Part shown: one piece after another, positions 58,970-64,000 of the stretch | How positions within the stretch are numbered: the first letter of the stretch is position 1 | How the letters are laid out: each line of letters starts with the position of its first letter | Assembly: GCA_963677895.2 (NCBI GenBank) | Contig: CAXXGJ010000038.1 | Location: forward strand, 288,001 to 352,000 | Source of the DNA: Treponemataceae bacterium | GTDB taxonomy: Bacteria; Spirochaetota; Spirochaetia; Treponematales; Rectinemataceae | DNA length: 64,000 nt | Reading direction: 5' to 3' | Notes under the pieces: model-generated | Told to the model about the DNA's origin: nothing | Seen by the model: the letters and a program-made list of their open reading frames with translations, nothing else | Database searches by the model: none | Made by a program: the position numbers and the translations under genes

Positions 58970-61900
58970 CTAATACACATATCGCCAGCTCAGGCTCAAT
59001 TCCTGCCCGGTGACGAGAGAGCCTTCGTCTATGGAAGGCGTGATGCTCCAATTAATAAGGCCTATTGGCGAATCCAGTTCGATGCCGAATTCGGAGTCTA
59101 GACGTAAACGCGACGAACTCACAAGGGGGTCCTCGCGGAACTTCAGACCGGCATGGAGGAAGGCCGAATCGGTTATATATTTCCCGACATAGAGCTCGCT
59201 CTGATCCAGATAGCGCGCCAGAGGATCCTCGGGATTCGCTTCGGTGGCCGGCTTCGTAAGGTCGAGAAGCCAGCGCTGCATGAAGGACGAACGTATGAAC
59301 ACGATATCCAGACCAAGCGCGGTCTGTACTTTCCTTTCGAATGACTTGAAAATATTGAACTGGGGAATGAATTCCGAGGAGGCGATGGCGGCTTCCCTTA
59401 TATTGAGGGTTTCGGATGTATCGGCGGCCAGGACTCCGCCCGACATCATCGCGATCAGCTGGGTTTCGCTGTAGAAAGGCACCGAACTGAGCGTGGGATT
59501 CAAATGCTCCAGAGGCGAGTTTTCGGCGTTCAGCATGATCTTGACGGTTCCGAGGGCGTTCGACTCCCTCAATTCCGCTACGGCTGTGATGAGAGGATTG
59601 AATTTCGTGCTGTTTTCAGAGAAATAGATGCTTCCGCTTTTCAGGAAGAAGCTTCGCAGATAATAGAGCACATAGCCCGTTCTGAGGTCGATTTTGCCGT
59701 CGAGGGAGAAATCCTGGGAGGAGGAATCGTACTGGAGCGTCAGATAGCTGCCTGGAGACGTGTAGCCCCGGACGAGCGGAATCTTGTTGTCGGGAAGGTA
59801 GACTTCGAGCTGCTTGCCGAAGGTCATCGCCGCCTTGATCCTGAAGGCCAACGCGTCGGGATCGACTGGGGCGGCGTTTTCCGGCTGGAATCCCTGCGGA
59901 TCGATCATGACCTGTCCTCTCTCGAGATACACGGACCCTTCGGCGACGAGGACGTCGTTTTCTATCGAAAGGACCATGTCCACCTGCGCCTTGGCATCCA
60001 CGACCGTTATACCAGCGATCTTGGTCGAAACGTTGACCACGCTGTCTTTCTGCGACACGACATTGAACTTGAGGTCGGTCAAAGCCCACTGATCCAGGAG
60101 GCCCGAGGCCGAGACCTCCACGACTCCCTTCTCCAGAGGCACCGTCGCGGGAGCCATTTCGATATTCTTGCCGGTAAAGTTGAGTGTCGTGGAGAATGGA
60201 CCCAGCTCGCCCAGCACCAATTCCCTGGATAGGATCTTGGCCTTTTTCAGGGTGAGCGCGCCGTTAATCTCCGGGTCGGATATAGGACCTTTGAGCGTCA
60301 GGTCGCCGGTCAGGACTCCATCGAGCAAGGAGATTTTTCCCGTCGGCAAAACCGAACTGAATTTCTTCAGATCGATCTCGAGATTTTCCATGGATGCGGT
60401 CACGATATTACCCGACATGGTCCCCTTTATGTTTGCGGAAACGGGAAATCTATCCTTCATTGTAACTTCGAAGGCTCCATCGGCGGCAATATTCGCCGTC
60501 AGCGCTCCCCTGTCGCCTTCAAAGGAGAGGTTCCCGTTCCCGTATGTACCAGAAAACTCCCAGCGATCCACTAAAGTTTCACGATATTTCGCATTTAGTA
60601 TCTTTCCGGAGAATTCGGCGGAAAAACCCTTGTTTTCCGCGCTCGCGTTAGCGGATGCGTCGGCGGATGCCCCATGTACCCGAGCCTCGGCGACGACGCT
60701 GGTCTCCAGGCGTTCGCTCCCCAGCACCGTCCTGTAGTCAAAGCTGAGATTTATCCTGCCTTCGGCCGGCAATATCGCCGCGCTGATATTTTCCGCCTGG
60801 TGATTCAGATAATCAATCTTGGGCGAAACGATCTTGAGAAGACCATTTTCAAGCGATCCGGAAGCCGTCATCTTGATGGGGATGTTCCTATACTCTCCCC
60901 CGATCAATTTAGCGTCTAGCTTGACGGGAGGCAGGATTTTCAAGTCCAGCTGATCCAGCTTTATCGCCGCCCGATCGATCGGCCCCAGGATGCTTATGGT
61001 TCCCTCAATCGCGCCCTTTATGTCTTTTTTGACATATCGCTCGAGCGGGAAGCCCGCGATGCCTATTTTCGCGTCGAGGATGCCATCGATATAGGTCGCG
61101 TTTACGTTGTACGTCTCAACGGCGTTCTTCGCGCTCCTCAGCGATCCATCCAGGGTAATGGTGGGTTTCGTAAGCAAGTTTTTATACCCGACGTTCAGAT
61201 ACCCCGAAAGTCCATAGTCCTTGCCCGTAACCGTCAGCGTGCCGACATCCAGCTTGCCTTCGCTGATCTTTACTCCTTTCATACCAAGCGTCGGATACTC
61301 GTTCTCGCCTTCATATTCATAGCGGAGACCGACCTCGTCTCCGTCGATCTGCCAGACTTTATCGGCGCCAAGGGTCCCGCGAAGCGAAAGATCTCCATAG
61401 ACCAGGCCATCGGCCATCGTCAATGGGAAGCCCTTAGCCTTAAGAGCACCCTTGTACGTGCCGTCGTCGCCGATCAGCACTTCGCCCTCAAGCCCATAAT
61501 CGCCATTAAACCTTACCAGACCCTTTTCATAGACTCCTTCCAATCCATAATTCATCCCCCGGAATCCGACATCTCCTGCGAACTTGATACCGGCGCCATA
61601 CTCGCCCGTGCCTTTCACGCTGATATTTTCCGCGCCCGTCTCGAGATTCAATTCCTTGATCTCAAACCGGCTTCCATCCCCTATGCCGGAACCCTTTACG
61701 ATTACCTTGCCGCTTTCGAGCTCCAGTTCCCCTTTCAGATTTCCGACAGCCCAGGCGACCTTCTCATAGTCTCCGCTGAGGCTGAATCCTCCGCTGACAA
61801 GGGCTTTTTTAAGCCCAATTTCGGGAACCTTGAGCCCAAATACCTCCGCGAGCCGCAGCAGGCCCATGATCTCGGTATCCTGAAGGCTCATGCGTCCTTC

Positions 61901-64000
61901 GTAGCCTTTCTTCCCTTTCAATAGAGAGCCTTCAGCCTCGATCTTCCCTCCCGCAAGCTCCCCGTTCAACCTTATATCGTAACGCTCTGCCTTTTCCTCA
62001 ACCGCGGCCAGCAGGCCCTGAAGCCTGATGCCCCCCAGCGCGCCCTCTCCCACCGAGAGTTCATAGGCTCCTTTTTCTCCCTTGACCGATCCCAGAACGG
62101 CTTCCTCGCCCTTCGACAAGGACAGAGCTCCCGCTATTTTCAGACCCTCGTAGGAAAGCGATCCCCCGTAGCCGAGCGTATATCTCTCGAAGGAACCCTT
62201 CAGCGTGAGTTCACTGAAGCCGGTCATGTCTCCCTTTCCGACAACCTCCAGGAGCATGCCTTCCACGGACTGTCCACCAATTTTACGGCCGGCTTCCCCC
62301 TGCACGACGATGTCGCTCCCGTAGGTCAGACCGCTCTCGCCGTACGCGAATACCGCTTTGCCGCCATATTTCAGGCCCAGGAGATCTTTCAGGATCCCGT
62401 CCATGCCGATGATATCTTTTTCGGGCGAATATCCATCCAGGGCGATTTCGCCGCCTATGGATTTCGCCCCGAGGGTATAGCTCACCGCTCCCTCGAATCC
62501 ATTCTTGTTTCCGACGCTCAGGGTGAGCAGATCGCCGGTCTTGCGCAGCTCCAATCCCTGATCGGAAAGGGTCATGGCATCGCTGAAGAGTCCGGCTTTG
62601 CCCCTCATCACCCATGTGTCCAGCTTCCCCAGCTCTCCCTTGACGAGCTCCCCCCACGAGAGGTCGCCGGATCCGGCGAGGAAGGCATTCGCCCTGTATC
62701 CCTTCAGCCCCGCGAGACCCAGATCGTAGCCGTCGACCCCAAGCCGGATTCTGCCACGGCCTTCGCCATAGCCGATACTCAGCTCATATATCGCCGATCC
62801 GCCGCCCAAGGCTTTTTCCCCGATGAAGATGCCGCTGCCCTCTATCGCCTCGGTGCCTTCCCCTCCATAGCTCCCCTTCAGGCTTCCGGAGAGACCATAG
62901 CCCTCTCCCTCCAGCGTTAGGGCATCCACCTCCGCCCTTCCGCCGCCGATTCTCAAACCCTTCATTCCGACGACCGGATATTTTTCCTTTCCCTCGTAAC
63001 GAAGGCCGACTTCATCGCCTTCCACCCACCAGGATTTATCCTTCCCGTAGGCGCCTCTGAGCGAAAGATTTCCATACACCATGCCGCCATCCACCGCCAA
63101 CGGCAAATCCCTGGCGCTCAGGCTTCCCTCTATCGCATTCCCTCCGCCTATGACCAGCTTGCCTTCGAGGCCGTATCCGCCCTTCAAGGTCAGCAGGCCG
63201 TCTCCGAAGGTTCCATCCAGGCCATAGGTGACGCCTCGATAGCCAAGCTCCGCGGCAAACTTCAGATCCGTTCCGTATTCACCCGTTGCCTTGACCCGTA
63301 CCGTTTCGCCGTCCTTATCCAGTTCCCCGCTCAAGGTGAGACCGTAGCTATCGGCTTTTCTTTCCAGCCCGGCCGCCAAGCCCTTTATTCCGATGCCCAT
63401 TATTGAGGCTTGCCCAACCGTAAGCTCGTATATGCCCTTATCGCCCTTCAGATTCCCCCGAACGATATCGGCCCCTGCCGAGAACGACAGGCCGCCGGCC
63501 ACTTTCAATCCCTCATAGCCCAGCGAACCATCGAAATTGAGTTCATAGGTTCCAAGAACGCCTTTTAAAGCCACTTCGGCGAGCCCGATCCCATCCCCTT
63601 TTCCCGCAACCTCAAACCTCGCGCCATCGGCGGACAGGCCGCCCACCAGACGACCGGCTTCCCCGAGAGCCAGGATCCGGCCTTCATAGGATAATCCGCT
63701 TTCGCCATAGGAAAGGGTGGCTCCACCTTCGAACAAAAGCCCGGAAAGATCCCGCAGCAGAGGGATTCGCGTCACGATATCAACCTCTGGTCTGTACGCG
63801 GCAAGCGATACTTGGCCTTCAAGCTCTTTCCCGCCCAGGCTGTACCGCAGCAGTCCTTCGAATCCCTTGCCGTTTCCCAGCCTCAACGAAAGCAGGTCGG
63901 CGGCCTTCGTTATCTCGATGTCCTGATCGTTCACCGTCAAGGCATCGCCTTCGAGTCCGGCTTTTCCTCTCAGCGCCCAGCCATCCAGTTTTCCCAACTC
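58970..64000 (-). CDS. tamB: TamB/AsmA-like translocation-assembly or lipid-bridge protein, 5'-truncated, repeat-expanded
   Basis: Continuous amphipathic beta-strand pattern, G.L.L.G.ISDPEI.G motif, DUF490-like C-terminus (G.I....G......R.F....G.I.F, NP.I...AE, LSS.P..SE), directly upstream of bamA; frame open to the window edge. Confidence 0.85.
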   Translation of the reverse strand, partial: ELGKLDGWALRGKAGLEGDALTVNDQDIEITKAADLLSLRLGNGKGFEGLLRYSLGGKELEGQVSLAAYRPEVDIVTRIPLLRDLSGLLFEGGATLSYGESGLSYEGRILALGEAGRLVGGLSADGARFEVAGKGDGIGLAEVALKGVLGTYELNFDGSLGYEGLKVAGGLSFSAGADIVRGNLKGDKGIYELTVGQASIMGIGIKGLAAGLERKADSYGLTLSGELDKDGETVRVKATGEYGTDLKFAAELGYRGVTYGLDGTFGDGLLTLKGGYGLEGKLVIGGGNAIEGSLSARDLPLAVDGGMVYGNLSLRGAYGKDKSWWVEGDEVGLRYEGKEKYPVVGMKGLRIGGGRAEVDALTLEGEGYGLSGSLKGSYGGEGTEAIEGSGIFIGEKALGGGSAIYELSIGYGEGRGRIRLGVDGYDLGLAGLKGYRANAFLAGSGDLSWGELVKGELGKLDTWVMRGKAGLFSDAMTLSDQGLELRKTGDLLTLSVGNKNGFEGAVSYTLGAKSIGGEIALDGYSPEKDIIGMDGILKDLLGLKYGGKAVFAYGESGLTYGSDIVVQGEAGRKIGGQSVEGMLLEVVGKGDMTGFSELTLKGSFERYTLGYGGSLSYEGLKIAGALSLSKGEEAVLGSVKGEKGAYELSVGEGALGGIRLQGLLAAVEEKAERYDIRLNGELAGGKIEAEGSLLKGKKGYEGRMSLQDTEIMGLLRLAEVFGLKVPEIGLKKALVSGGFSLSGDYEKVAWAVGNLKGELELESGKVIVKGSGIGDGSRFEIKELNLETGAENISVKGTGEYGAGIKFAGDVGFRGMNYGLEGVYEKGLVRFNGDYGLEGEVLIGDDGTYKGALKAKGFPLTMADGLVYGDLSLRGTLGADKVWQIDGDEVGLRYEYEGENEYPTLGMKGVKISEGKLDVGTLTVTGKDYGLSGYLNVGYKNLLTKPTITLDGSLRSAKNAVETYNVNATYIDGILDAKIGIAGFPLERYVKKDIKGAIEGTISILGPIDRAAIKLDQLDLKILPPVKLDAKLIGGEYRNIPIKMTASGSLENGLLKIVSPKIDYLNHQAENISAAILPAEGRINLSFDYRTVLGSERLETSVVAEARVHGASADASANASAENKGFSAEFSGKILNAKYRETLVDRWEFSGTYGNGNLSFEGDRGALTANIAADGAFEVTMKDRFPVSANIKGTMSGNIVTASMENLEIDLKKFSSVLPTGKISLLDGVLTGDLTLKGPISDPEINGALTLKKAKILSRELVLGELGPFSTTLNFTGKNIEMAPATVPLEKGVVEVSASGLLDQWALTDLKFNVVSQKDSVVNVSTKIAGITVVDAKAQVDMVLSIENDVLVAEGSVYLERGQVMIDPQGFQPENAAPVDPDALAFRIKAAMTFGKQLEVYLPDNKIPLVRGYTSPGSYLTLQYDSSSQDFSLDGKIDLRTGYVLYYLRSFFLKSGSIYFSENSTKFNPLITAVAELRESNALGTVKIMLNAENSPLEHLNPTLSSVPFYSETQLIAMMSGGVLAADTSETLNIREAAIASSEFIPQFNIFKSFERKVQTALGLDIVFIRSSFMQRWLLDLTKPATEANPEDPLARYLDQSELYVGKYITDSAFLHAGLKFREDPLVSSSRLRLDSEFGIELDSPIGLINWSITPSIDEGSLVTGQELSLSWRYVY

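Noticed and set aside
1..64000. tRNA, rRNA, IS/transposase, integrase, prophage or defence genes
   Set aside because: None recognised; intergenic gaps are short and accounted for. Small ncRNAs cannot be excluded without covariance-model searches.

Overview
A 64-kb, GC-rich, gene-dense bacterial chromosomal segment, almost certainly from a spirochaete (Treponematales/Rectinema-like by inference). The right half is the conserved spirochaetal core cluster on the minus strand: tamB-bamA-skp-mutS-comF-rimP-nusA-infB-rbfA-truB-ribF-rpsO-pnp-M16 peptidase-dut-lptF-lptG-tgt-nlpC. The long spirochaete-type greA, plus rpe, dtd, ppdK, dinB, metG and femX, lie nearby. The left ~21 kb is accessory. It holds a Crp/Fnr-DUF6326 cassette, an RNase II/chloroperoxidase/Fe-SOD/bacterioferritin/WrbA stress operon, a ggt-DctM-like permease-microprotein-M14 deacylase module, and a sigma54-driven MacAB-TolC plus two-component operon with a visible enhancer. 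A MATE pump, a second NtrC-type regulator and an AmmeMemo B/A pair without its radical SAM partner follow. I found no rRNA, tRNA, CRISPR array or IS element. The most unusual signals are: a PPDK fused to a ~170-aa histone-H1-like tail with AT-hook-like motifs; a TamB lengthened by ~455-aa tandem repeats; an IF2 with a FUS-like GYQG low-complexity domain; several apparently leaderless genes; and a 1-nt frameshift in the M16 peptidase. All calls come from motif recognition by eye; no database searches were run.
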